Translations under genes and position numbers: made by a program | Assembly: GCA_000004695.1 (NCBI GenBank) | Contig: CM000151.3 | Span: 3,392,001-3,456,000 of the forward strand | Direction of reading: 5' to 3' | DNA length: 64,000 nt | DNA from: Dictyostelium discoideum | Lineage: Eukaryota | In this document: positions 13,130-26,100 of the stretch, one piece after another | Layout of the letters: each line of letters starts with the position of its first letter | Numbering within the stretch: the stretch's first letter is position 1 | The notes under the pieces: model-generated | Database searches by the model: none | Seen by the model: only the letters and a program-made list of their open reading frames with translations | What the model was told of the DNA's origin: nothing

Positions 13130-14719
13130 TTATAAATTTAAATTAATAAAATCAAGTTTATCTTGAAGTATTGCATTTGTAATTTCTCTAACATCAATAT
13201 CAGTTCTTCTATCATTTTCAAGTATTGGAATAATTTTTATAATTGAAGAATAAAGTTTTTGGACTTTATTTGGTAATTTAAAATTTTCAATAGATTTCAT
13301 TCTAAGACTAATGGCTTGAAAAGCTATGATTAAAGTCATTGAAACAATATCACATAGTTTAATTAACATTGATGCAGCACCATTTGCAGAGTGTAATCCT
13401 AAACTAACAATATCTTGATTAAACTGTTCAGTTGTTAAACTATGTATACAAGCAGGTGCGGCTTCTTGTCTTAACCAAACTACTAATGAAGTTTGAGAAA
13501 TTTGCATTCCTTTATAACCTTGATAAATTCCAGGATTTGGACTTAGGGAATTTGGTAAACCTTTAGAGAATTCACTATGCATCATTAAAGCAACTAATGA
13601 ATGTAAATGATTGGCAACCAAAGATATATCCAATTTAATACCATCCATTATTCTAGCAATATGATTACCCATAAAATTACCACCACTTAATACATCACCA
13701 TAATAAGGATCAATTAATGGATTATCATTAACTGATAAAATTTCTCTTTTTATTACAATTTTTGCATTACTTATATTTTCAGATATTATACCCAAAATTT
13801 GTGGAGCACAACGTAATGAATAAACTTCTTGTACTGATTTATCCAATTTCTGAACATTTTCAGATTGATTGAATGTAATATTACTGCTTTTGGTATTATT
13901 ATCGCTAGTATTAAAATATTTATTTAAAATTTGTGCAATTAAAATTTGACCTGGATGATTTTTTAAATTATGAATTCTCATATCGTAATGATCTTTTGAA
14001 GCTAATAAACCTTCAACTGCCAATGCGATACTACCAATTGCAGCTTTAAAAATAGTTTCAAATTTATTAATTGAAATACAACTAACTGAACTCATTACTC
14101 TTGTACCATTTACTAATGCCAAACCTTCTTTTGATTTTAAAACTAGTGGTTCAATAGATGTAATTTTTAAGGCATCTGAAGCATTCATTAATTTTTCATT
14201 ATACTTCACCATACCTTTTCCACATAGCACATTAGCAATATAACTCAAAGGTACTAAATCACCACTTGCCCCTACTGATCCATGCATTGGTACTTGTGGA
14301 ATTATACCTTTATTTAAATGTTTAGCCAATGTTTGAATTACCATTGGTCTAACACCTGACCAACCTCTTGAAAGTGCAATTATAATAATAAATTGTATAC
14401 CTCTAACATATTGATCATTAAAAAAATCACCAGTGCCACAAGTTAAAAAATCCAATAAATTACTTTGATGATAATCTAATTTATCAAATGGAATTATTAA
14501 ATCACCATTACCACCAAAACCAGTGTTTATACCATAAATTGCAACATTTTCTTTTAATTTATTTTCTAATTGATCTCTTCCTTTTTGTAAAAATTCTAAT
14601 AATTCATTAGTGAAAATAATATTTTTTTCACCTTTACTAATACTAATAATATCATTAATTTCTAAATTTTTATTTTCACCATCAATTAAAAAATTATCTT
14701 TATGGTTTGTTTCTATCAT
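13130..14719 (-). CDS. MIO-dependent aromatic amino-acid ammonia-lyase (HAL/PAL/TAL family), intronless, 529 aa.
   Basis: YGINTGFG, the GSVGASGDLVPLS Ala-Ser-Gly MIO triad, and downstream ALVNGT. Length and architecture match the bacterial-type HAL/PAL fold. The selectivity-switch position reads LLDFLTCGTG, i.e. Phe-Leu where true HALs have Ser-His. Confidence 0.85.
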   Translation of the reverse strand: MIETNHKDNFLIDGENKNLEINDIISISKGEKNIIFTNELLEFLQKGRDQLENKLKENVAIYGINTGFGGNGDLIIPFDKLDYHQSNLLDFLTCGTGDFFNDQYVRGIQFIIIIALSRGWSGVRPMVIQTLAKHLNKGIIPQVPMHGSVGASGDLVPLSYIANVLCGKGMVKYNEKLMNASDALKITSIEPLVLKSKEGLALVNGTRVMSSVSCISINKFETIFKAAIGSIALAVEGLLASKDHYDMRIHNLKNHPGQILIAQILNKYFNTSDNNTKSSNITFNQSENVQKLDKSVQEVYSLRCAPQILGIISENISNAKIVIKREILSVNDNPLIDPYYGDVLSGGNFMGNHIARIMDGIKLDISLVANHLHSLVALMMHSEFSKGLPNSLSPNPGIYQGYKGMQISQTSLVVWLRQEAAPACIHSLTTEQFNQDIVSLGLHSANGAASMLIKLCDIVSMTLIIAFQAISLRMKSIENFKLPNKVQKLYSSIIKIIPILENDRRTDIDVREITNAILQDKLDFINLNL

Positions 14720-14865
14720 TTTTTTAAAATTTTTTGGATTTTAAATTTAATAGTAATTATATATTCTTTTTTTTTTTTTTTTTTTTTAAAATTTAATATT
14801 AAATTTTTATTTATAAAAAAGTGTTTAAAAAATAAAAAATAAAAAAAATATATAAAGATAATTTA

Positions 14866-14899
14866 ACATGTGTTAATTTAATTAAATTAACACATGTAA
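14866..14899. promoter_or_regulatory. Near-perfect palindrome (arms about 19 bp) in the divergent intergenic region between the lyase and DyP genes.
   Basis: atttaacatgtgttaattt / aaattaacacatgtaaat are reverse complements with one mismatch. It lies about 150 bp upstream of the lyase ATG and about 400 bp upstream of the DyP ATG. Confidence 0.4.
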
Positions 14900-14904
14900 A
14901 TACG

Positions 14905-14955
<51 letters not shown>

Positions 14956-15006
14956 AATATTAATCTTATATTATTTCTAACCCAATATTATTTATTTTTA
15001 TATTTT

Positions 15007-15043
<37 letters not shown>

Positions 15044-15141
15044 ATTTAATTTTTTTATTTTTTTTATTCCACCACCCAACAGAAAACACAAAACTATTAT
15101 TTTTAGTTTTTTTTATTTTTATTTTTATTATTTTTCAAACA

Positions 15142-15181
<40 letters not shown>

Positions 15182-15289
15182 TTAATATTATTATAATTTT
15201 ATAATTATTTTTTAAAAATTAATAGATTAATTAAAAGATCTTTCACTGGTACTGTTAATATTAATAACAGTAAATTTTTAAATTTTAAA

Positions 15290-16210
15290 ATGGCACAGTC
15301 AACAGTGTTACCAATGCATTGTTTATATGGCATATTTTTAGAAGGAAATTTAAAAATTCAAAAAAATGACCAAGAGGGATTAAAGAAATTTAAAGATAAT
15401 ATAAAGAAATTTACATTAGAATTGGATGAAATCGATAAGATATCACCACAATCTAGAATTGGAGGTGCAATTTGTTTTAGTTCTGATATTTGGGACACTG
15501 TAACAAAGAAAATATCAAAACCAAAAGAATTGAAATCCGTAAACACTTTAAGTTCATACATGCCAGGCACATCTCAAAGAGACATCCTCATTCATATTAT
15601 CTCTGATAGAATGGATACGTGCTTTAAACTAGCACAAGATACAATGAGAAATTTCGGTGAAGATCAATTAGATATCAAGCAAGAGATTCACGGATTTCGT
15701 AGAGTTGAAGAAAGAGATTTGACCGACTTCATCGACGGTACTGAAAATCCTGACGGTGACGAACTGCGTACACAATATGGTCTCGTTGCAGCCGGCCAGC
15801 CAAATGAATTTGGCAGTTACGTTTTCACTCAACGGTATGTTCACAACTTAAAGAAATGGTATCCTGAACCATTATCAGTTCAGCAAGATACAGTTGGAAG
15901 AACTAAAAAAGATTCAATTGAAATACCAAGAGATAAACGTCCAATTACTTCACATGTTTCACGTACTGATCTAAGTGAAAATGGTAAAGATTTGAAAATA
16001 GTTAGGCAATCTCTCCCCTATGGTCAAATTACTGGTGAAAAAGGTCTGATGTTTATAGCATACGCTTGTAGTTTACATAATATTGAAAAACAACTTCAAA
16101 GTATGTTTGGTCAATTAGATGGTAAACATGACCTACTCTTAAAATATACAACACCAGTAACTGGTAGTTTTTATTTTGCACCATCAAAAAAAGAATTATT
16201 AGAATTGTAA
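15290..16210 (+). CDS. Dye-decolorizing (DyP-type) heme peroxidase, intronless, 306 aa.
   Basis: Distal DyP motif FIDGTENP (GXXDG) and overall DyP fold residues. The 306-aa length fits a bacterial-type class B DyP like the one described in D. discoideum. Confidence 0.85.
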   Translation: MAQSTVLPMHCLYGIFLEGNLKIQKNDQEGLKKFKDNIKKFTLELDEIDKISPQSRIGGAICFSSDIWDTVTKKISKPKELKSVNTLSSYMPGTSQRDILIHIISDRMDTCFKLAQDTMRNFGEDQLDIKQEIHGFRRVEERDLTDFIDGTENPDGDELRTQYGLVAAGQPNEFGSYVFTQRYVHNLKKWYPEPLSVQQDTVGRTKKDSIEIPRDKRPITSHVSRTDLSENGKDLKIVRQSLPYGQITGEKGLMFIAYACSLHNIEKQLQSMFGQLDGKHDLLLKYTTPVTGSFYFAPSKKELLEL

Positions 16211-16280
16211 ATAAACAAACAAATAAATAAATAAATTAAATAATAAATTTTATTTTATTTATTTTTGTTTTTGTTTTTTC

Positions 16281-17106
16281 TTATGGGACAATTACAAAAC
16301 CACTAAATGGAATACAAAGTATATTCTTTGGATTACAACTATGACCACCCCATGCCTTATTGAAAGAACCATCAGCTAAATTATAAGATTGAATAATATC
16401 TGTTTTAGCTTTATGGGATGATTCTGAATCAGATGTTGATTCTGATCCAAAATAAAATTCATCATCATCACCACCATCATTTCCATTTCTTTGAATATTT
16501 TTAAAACTACCATGTCCACCAAATGATAATGGTGATGAAAGTCCAGTACCTGATGTACCTGATGTACCTGATGAACCTGATGCTGAGCCTGATGCTGAAC
16601 CAGTTGAAAATCCACTTGATTCTGATGATGATTCTGATGATGACTCGGATGATTCTGATGATGATGATTCTGATGATGATGGTGGATTTTCTTTTTTAGA
16701 AGCATATGGTACTTCAACATAAATATGATTTTTAGTTAATGCTAATGAACCAGGTAAACCACTAACTTGACCATTAAAAATACCAATTAATTTAATTGAT
16801 CTAATTAATTCACCAGATTTACTAATTTGAATGATCATATCACCTTGATAGGATGGTACTGAAACGTAGATACTATCTTGAGAATCTTGTGAAATGGTTA
16901 TACCATTATAAGCTATTCTATCATTCTCATTGATTGGATTAAATTGTTTTAATAATTTACCAGAATTATCATAAACATAAATTACATTTATATCTGTAAT
17001 CCAAATATTACCATCACTATCACCTGCAATACCAGTTGTTGTATTAAATTCTGAATTTGAAATTATAAAATCTAAGTTTCCATCCTTTTTTTTTTTAAAA
17101 AAAAAA

Positions 17107-17150
<44 letters not shown>

Positions 17151-17867
17151 TTATTTTTACTAATTTAATTTTATTTAATAAACTTACGGTTGTATAAACA
17201 AATACTGCTGGTTGATAAGAATAATCACAATTACTATTTAAACTTGCAATGTAAACTTTATTATTTAGTTGGTCAACATTTAATCTTGAAAGTCCACAAC
17301 CAACTTTACCTTTAGTGTTGGTTTTTAAATTATTCCAAACTCCTTTAACAACTCCATTTTCATTAGCTTGATAAACACCTTGATGTGCATCTAATAATAA
17401 TAATGTTGATCCTAAAAATCCCATATCAACTGGTACACATCTTTCTGATTCATTCTATGTATATATATTTTTTTTTTTTTTTTTTTGTGATTTTATATGT
17501 TATATCAGAGGATGAATATATTAATAAAATTATTAATTTTCTAAACACTTTTCTTTTCTTTTTTTTTCTTTTTTTTTTTTCTTTTTTTGTTTATAAATAT
17601 ATTTACAGTTGATAAAAATGTTGTATAATTATAAATTGAATCACCACTTGTTGTAAATTCATAAAATTGGTTTGGATTTAAAGAAGTTGGATCTGTTAAT
17701 AAAATATTACCAGATTGAAAAGTTGAGGTTGATTCAGTACTACTGCCAGTACTACTATCGTCTTTATGATGTTTTCCAACAATTGAAATCAAATTTTTAT
17801 TATTGACAGAAACACTAAAAACACAACCAACAAAAATTAAAACAATAATAAAAGTGATTGATTTCAT
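16281..17867 (-). CDS. Secreted protein with a signal peptide, NHL/beta-propeller-like repeats and a Ser-rich (SSSESS)n region; 3 exons.
   Basis: Minus-strand exons 17867..17607, 17454..17188 and 17084..16281. Donors are GTAAAT and GTAAGT, and both acceptors follow long T/A runs, with phase 0 throughout. Signal peptide MKSITFIIVLIFVGCVFSVSV. Repeated segments of type YVYDNSGKLLKQF and IYVSVPSYQGDMIIQISKSGELIRSI. Confidence 0.6.
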
Positions 17868-18552
17868 TTTTTTTTTTTTTTTTTTTTTTTGATGTTTTTA
17901 TTTATTAATTTTTAGTGTGTGTGTGATTATACATAAATGTAATTTATATAATATGAATAAAAAAAGCACATAAGACAAAAAAAAAAAAAAAAAAATAAAA
18001 TAATAAAATCAAAGACAAACAAAAACAATCAAAAAAAAATGACAAAAAAATGAAATTTAAAAAAAAAAAAAAAAAAATATTATTGGCCAGTAGGAGAAAA
18101 TAAAAAAGATTTTTCAGATATTTTTAGGTTTTTTTTTTTTTTTTTTTTGTCGGTTTTAATTCTTTATTTATTTTCATTTTAATTATTTTTCTATTTTTAT
18201 TTATTTTTTTTATTTTATTGTTTTAGTTTAAAAAATAATAAAAATATAAATAAATTAATGCACTGCAATAATTAATAAAATAAAAATGATTATTATTATT
18301 ATTTTTTTTTTTTTGTTTTTTTTTTTTTTTTTTGAAAAATATCATTTTTAAAACAGATATGATTATTCATTGAAACACAATCATTGATATTATTTTTAAA
18401 ATTTATGTACTTTGAGGTGGGCATTTTTTTGAGATTCATTCAATAAAGTGTGTTTAGATAAATATAGTAATTTTTTTTTTTTTTTATTTGTTTATTTTTT
18501 TTTTTTTATAATTTTTTTATATTTTTTTATTTAATTTTTCGACAAAAGAGCG

Positions 18553-18583
<31 letters not shown>

Positions 18584-18774
18584 TTTTTTGAAAAAATTCA
18601 TTTTTTTTTTTTATTTTTTTTTTTTTTCATTTTTCATTTTTGATGATCATCAAACTTGTATGATAAAGGGTGTTTTACATAAATTTTAAATTTAACAAGC
18701 ACAAATAAAAAACACCCTTCTTTCATTATTTCATATTCATATAGATTTTTAAACGAAAAAATCAAATCAAATCA

Positions 18775-18826
18775 AATCAAATCAAATCAAATCAAATCAA
18801 ATCAAATCAAATCATATATAAATATA
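18775..18826. repeat. (AAATC)10 microsatellite about 10 bp upstream of a start codon.
   Basis: Ten perfect pentamer units, directly visible. Confidence 0.9.
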
Positions 18827-18836
18827 AAATAAAAAA

Positions 18837-21800
18837 ATGGATGAAGAAATATTTGATAATCCAATTCAAAAATTAAATTATAATATAAGAACTGAAGAAT
18901 CAGGTTCATTATTAAAATATTTACAATCACAAAAATCAAATTTCACAGATTCTAAAAAATTCATTTCATTTAAACAAAAAGGAAATGATTCAGTTGGAAT
19001 TCGTAAAGAAATCACTCAAAAAAAGTCATTCCCATTAGATAATGGTTTCATTGGTACTGTAGCAGATCCATTCATTGCAATTGCATTTCAAATATCTGAT
19101 AGATTTAATATTGATGAATATTTAGCTTGCAGAATTTTATATTCAGTAGTTGATCATGTATGTAATATTATTAAAAAATAAAAAAAAATAATATTTATAA
19201 ATTTACTAATTTAGTTTTTATATTATTAAAAAAAAAAAAAAAAAAAAAGAGTACCACAAGAGATGAAAAAGAATTAATTGAATTATCAGAAAAATTTATT
19301 TACCAAAATAGATCATGCTATTTACAATTTTTAAGAGAAATATTACATGTAAATTTTATAATAAAAAAAAAAAAAAAAAAAAAAATTAATTAATTAATTA
19401 ATTACTTTTACTAATTAGTTTTTTTTATTTTTTATTTTATCAATATATATTGTAGACATTACAAAGTAGAGATTCTGTTAATGATATTAATCATTCAAAG
19501 ATGAAACATGATATATTACAATCATTTATTGGTGAATTAATTTCAGAGCAAACTAATGATAAGAATATAGTAACAATTTTAATTAAAACATTAGAAGAGA
19601 AAGTTAAAGATATGAATGGTACTGTAAATCCATTAGAATGTTGTTTTAGAGTAAAAGAATGTATTCAAATTGTTGAATGTTTATTTTTAATTTCAATTCA
19701 AGTAAGTATTAATTTATTTTTTTTTTTTAAAAAAAAAAAGATATTAATTTTAAAATTTAAAATTTAAATATTATTAGTTTACAATTAAAGAAGATATTAT
19801 TAAATTATATATCAGAGTTTTAAATCAAGTAATTGAGAAAGAAAAGAGGGAAGATTCAATTTTAAAGAAATCATTATTTGAAATTATGTTTACATTATAT
19901 TTCACAATTTTTGCAGTTTTTGATAATGTTAAAAATAGTCAAGTATTTAATGCAATTGAAAAAAGATATACTTTTAATGAAATTAGTTCAACTGATTCAA
20001 TTGAAAATGAAATTAAACAAATTGATAACCAACATCCAATTAAATCTTCATTATATGCAATTTTTAATATAATTTTAGTATGTAATTTTTTTTTTTTTTT
20101 AAAAAAAATATTTTAAGTTATTATTAATTAACAATTTTTTTTTTTCTTTTTTTTAATAGATTGCAAAAGAAAATAATAATAGTAATAGTAATAGTAATAG
20201 TAATAGTAATAGTAATAGTAATAGTAATAATAATAATAATCGTATTACCCCTGAAAATGATTCATATAAATTCCTTTTACAAGCAGTTCAAACACAAGAA
20301 TATCAATTGTCACCTTTAAATATCCTATTTGGTTCATTTATAAATATTTTATCTTGTAGATTTTTATCAAATTTATCAAGTCACCCAACTAGTATGTATT
20401 TTTATTTTTTTATTTTTTATTTTTTTATTTTTTTATTTTCTAAATTTAAAAAGAAAAAGACATTTTATATTAATATTTTTTATTTTAAAAAAAAATAAAA
20501 TAAGATATGGAATTTATAAATTCATTTAATTTAGTAATGTCAAATATATTTGATAATCATAATAATAGTTCAATTGAATTTTGGAGAATTTGTGAACAAA
20601 TTAATTATTTTCAAAATCTTTGGTTTAGAATTCATGATGATTTAATCATTTCATCATTTAAATTAATGGGGTCATTAGCTAGATGTAATACAAATGAAGT
20701 TTTCAATTTCTTTGCTCAAGGTAGTGCGCAATTTACATGGGCAAAATTATTCCAAAATTTTTCATCCTATGCTCATGCTTTAAATAGTATTGAATTTAGT
20801 CAATCAATTCAATCGAATCAAATGAATTCATCAACGACTACAACTCAACAAATTTCATCAACTCCACAACAACACCAACAACATCAGCAGCAACAACAAC
20901 AACAACAAGGTTATAATAACCAACAAATACCAAATACACCATATCAACAATTCCAACCAACAATGCAATACCAAGGACAACAATCGTCAATGCAACAAAG
21001 TGTAGGACAACAACAACAACCTCAACAACAACCTCAACAACAAAATACACCAAATACACCAAATTCAACAACAAGTTCAAATACAGCAAATACAACATCA
21101 CCTGTAAAGATTACACAATTATTATTATCAGAGAAAGATAGTGATGCACTTTCAAGTATTTTCCAATTGATTTCAAGATTGGTTGAATCTTCAATGGCAG
21201 TTGGAAATGTATTTTTAAAGATTGGACCATTGATTTCATTAGCATTTCAATTTGCAGTATCACAAGTTGATTCAAAATTAAAATCTAGTGCATTATCAGT
21301 GATTACATCATATTCTCAATATCCAATTTATGTAGCTGATATTTGGAGATTAATAAATGAAACCAATCTATTCAATAGTGGTCTTAGTGCAATTGGTGGG
21401 CTAAATGAATTATCTTTCACTCAACAATCATTAGAGTTGTTATTACAATTGATTCAACAATCATCATTCCTATTCGATAAGAGTAATCATTATCAAGAAT
21501 CTTTGAAACTCAAATCCTATTTAGATAGTTGTATGGATTTATTCAATTTATTAAATATAAAATCATTTAATACTTTGGATGAAAAATGGAAATTTGCTTT
21601 AACTTTGATGAAAATATTTGAATTCTCAATCATTCAATTCAATCAATCAATTCAAAATTTTCAAATTGATAAACAACATCCATGTTATCAATTATATATT
21701 GAATTAAATCGTTCTTCTTTATCTAGTAATTTGTATCAACAACAACAACAACAGCAAAATAAATATCAACAGCAACAACAACAACAACAACAAAGTAAAA

Positions 21801-23089
21801 AAACAACATTAGAGAATATTATAAAGATAATTGATTATTCAAATGATCAATCAATATTAATTCAACAACAAATTCAACAACAACAGCAACAACAACAACA
21901 AGGTTATAATCAAGATTCATCAAGAGTAATTTTAAATTTAGTATTCCAACAATTACAACAACAAGATAATGATGATTTTAATTTATTAGTATTGAAATGT
22001 TTAGATTTGTTATTGTTAATCTCTGATAATACAGTTTACGATATTGAAAATGCAAAGAGTTTAGTTGTTAATTTATCAAATATGGATTATAGCAGACCAA
22101 TTGTGTCAATTGCCAAATTGATTGACCATGAATTACCAGCTATTTCATTACGTGCAATTAGATTAATCTATAGTTTCGAATGTTATACTCATCAAATTTC
22201 AACGGTTTTCTTGGATAGTGATCCAAATTTAATACTTTCCAAGTTTATAAAGATGATGGAATTCAATGAATCCAATTTCGAGGATTTCTCTGGTACAAAC
22301 TATGATCAAACCATTTCATTCATTAGATATGCAAGTAATTCCGTACAATGGACAATAGCTCAATTGATTATGTTATGTCTTTCAAATATTAGTAGTGGAA
22401 GATATACATTGGCTCATTTCCTATTGGGTTGTTCATCAAATTTAGATCTTTCAAAGGATTTCATACCAAATAGTAAATCATGTTTAACTTTGATCATAAA
22501 GAATGTTATGAATTCACAATTCGTAGAGAGATATCCACATTTGGTCGATTGTTATCATGAAATCATTTGGAAAATGTCAAGTGATCCAATCACTTGGAAA
22601 CCAATGATCAAATATATTCAAGAGGAATTTCCAAACTATTATCATGATAGTTTATTAATATTAAGAAATGCAATTACAATCAATGGTTCATCAGAGAGAA
22701 GAACTGAAGCATTGATCTCTTCAATGTCATGGGTTTTCAAGACTTGTTCCATTTCAATTCAAAATTCTTATTCAATCGAAATGAAACAATTCTTAACTCG
22801 TTTAATCTTTCCATCATTGATGAACTTAAATCAACCTTCAATGAATGGTGGTATTGGTGGTCTTAATGGTACAATTAATAATGGTTTAATCATGGGTATT
22901 TCACCAATTAATATCTTATCACTCTATAATACAATTGAATTTCAATTACCTGAAATTAATAGACCAAGAATATTTTCAATGTATCCAAATTTAATTGAAT
23001 ATTTTACAACAAATATTAATATTAATAATTTAAATTCAAATAATAATAATAATAATAATAATAACAATAATAATAATAACAATAATAAC

Positions 23090-23159
<70 letters not shown>

Positions 23160-26100
23160 TTACTAATGGTGGTACAAGTCAATTATTAGATATTATTAAA
23201 ATTAGAGAGGTTTTAAAGAATGATTTTAATAGATTTTCAAATGAATTTGAAATTGAAAGAGAATTAGAAGAATGTTGTTTAATTAATTCAAGTATTCAAT
23301 TATATAATAGTAAATTAAAAGCATTAGATGGTTGGAAATCATTTATTAATATTTCTTTAGCTCAAAATACAATTGAAATTGATACATTGGATGAATCATT
23401 ATTATTATCATTATTACAAAGAATAGTTATTGATTTCTCAAATGAACGTAATCCAATTGAATCAACATTATCAATTGGTTATACAATTTTAACCATTTTA
23501 TTCACATTGAAATTGAAAAAAGATAGTTATCAATTATTTATCAATTCTTCACTCACTACCAATAGCACAGATTCAAATGTAATTGAACAAAAGATGAAAT
23601 CAATCTTTGAAGGATTATTACAAACTGTTTTAAAATCACCACATCAAGCAATAAGAGGTATTAGTTATACTTGTTTAATTCAATATTTGGATTTATCAGC
23701 TACAACTCCAACAACTCCATCATTATCACCTTTATCAACCTCAATTAATAATGTCGTTGAAATGAATAATAAAAGTAAAAATAAAAATAATCAAGATAAA
23801 GAACAAGGATATGGTAATTTAAATATTGGTTTAATCATTAGTAAAATTGAAGATAAATTTATTAGAATCTTATCGAGTGATTGTAATTCATTTAGTAGAG
23901 GTTGGAGAATTACCGCTATAAGTTGTATGCAAAGTATTTTATCAATTGACAATCTTTGTGGACATAGATCATTAATGTTTTTACAAAACAAAGGATTCAT
24001 CATCAATATGATCAATGATACTTGTTCAAAATATTTATCAGATAATTGGGAAAACATTGATCCAAAGGATTTACATGTCTATAAATCACAAATGTCCTTA
24101 CTCTTAAAGATTTCTCAACAAATGGATGGTGTTCACCTCTTAATGAATAATAATGTAATTGGTAGTTTTGTTAAATCACCATTTTTAAATTATATTCCAA
24201 CCGATAAAATCTTTGGTAAATTTATAGAGATACTTTTACCAATTTTACAATTATTCGCTTCATTATGTTGTTATTGTAATAATACTTCAAAGAATAATGG
24301 TAATATTAATAATAATAACAATGTTGGTGGTACAGTTTTAATTGGTAGTGATAGAAATGAAATTTATCAAGAATTATTTGATTTCCTTTCAAATCATTCA
24401 GATTTATTCATCATTATTTTATCAGATCAAAGTAGTTTTAGTCATCCAACTTTATCAAGCTTAAAAGTTTTAAAATTAACTTGTTTCTTATTTTCAAAAG
24501 TTTCAAGTTTATTCTTTAAAAAATCAACTACCACCTCTTCTTCAACTTCAACTACAAGTAGCCATAATAGAACACAATTTAATAGATTCCATTATTGTTT
24601 AATTAATTTATTAGTTAAATATTCAGTAAATTCAAAACAAATCATTGAATTGGTTAAACCTGAAAATATTGATGAAGAATTATTAACCGAGAAAATTGAT
24701 TTTAGTTATTTACCAAAGAGTTCAATTGAAAATCAATTTAAGAATATTCCTGATGATATTAATATTGGTGGTGTTAATATTGGTTTAACAAGTAAAAACT
24801 CAAATAATAATAACAATAATAATAATAATAATAATGGTAGCATCAATGGTAAGAAATCAAAGAGAAAGAATCAATTCCAAATTTTAATTAAAGAAACTAT
24901 CACTTCAATCATTCATGATTTATTATTATATTGCAGAAAAGTTTCAATTGTTCAAGATTCAAATTTTGGTTTCGTTTGTTTTAATTCAAATTTAAATATT
25001 TATCAACAATTCCAATCATTTTCAAGTTTAAGATCAACTAATCGTAATAATAGTAATAATAATAATATTAATAATAACAATAATAATAATAGCAACAATA
25101 ATTATAATAATAATAGTATGAATAGTGATATGGATAATGATGATGATAATATAATTAATAATAATAGTTATAAATTTAATAATAAAAATAATAATAATAA
25201 TAATGATAATAATAATCAAAATAAGAATAGTATATTTGGTGGCTTTGGAGTGAATAATAGTATTATCAATGGAAATAATAATAATAATAATGGTAATAAT
25301 AATAATAATAATGGAAATAATGGAGTTAATATTTTACCATCAATTGATTTAGCTATTAATATATTGGTTGATAATATTCTTCAATATTCATTCTATAAGG
25401 TGGATTTAAGTCAATGTTTCAAATTATTACAATCCTATGATCAATTAACCAACTATCAATATCAAGAGATCTTACAAACTGGTGAAGATTATCCTGCATT
25501 TGGCCCAACTCAAAGAAATCATATGGTTGAAAATATTTTGAAAGAGAAAATCATTGATATTGAAACTCAAATCTCTATCATCCATGAAAATATTGAAATC
25601 CTATTGTTATTGATTGTTTCTCATTCTTTCTACTTTTGTAATTCTTTATATTTGTTATTCCAAAATTCAAATAATAATTTCTATAGTAGTGCAATTGGAG
25701 GCACCATAAGTCCAACTTTAGCTAGTAGTGCTTATTATCCAACAACACAACAACAACAACAACAACAACAACAAGGTGGTTCAAATTTAAAGATTACAGA
25801 TTTAAATGCTTCAACAACTACCTCAAACATTAAAAAGAATAATGAATCAGCATTTTTATCTTCAAAAACAAATCAAAATAGTGGTGGTATGTTATCATCA
25901 GTTTTCTCTTACTTTAAAGGTCAACAAAATAATACACCATCAGCTCAGGTATCACAAATTCCAATAAATTCAACACCTTATTCAACAAATTATGCAACTC
26001 CACATCAACATCAACAACTTTTACAACAACAACAACAAAGACAACAACAAATTCAACAACAAATTAATCAAACACCATCAAATGAATTATCTCCACAAGA

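Noticed and set aside
18640-18700. Box C/D snoRNA suggested by TGATGA at 18645
   Set aside because: There is no D box (CTGA) at a suitable distance, no terminal stem pairing the ends, and no guide-like element. Kept only as a hairpin/palindrome observation.
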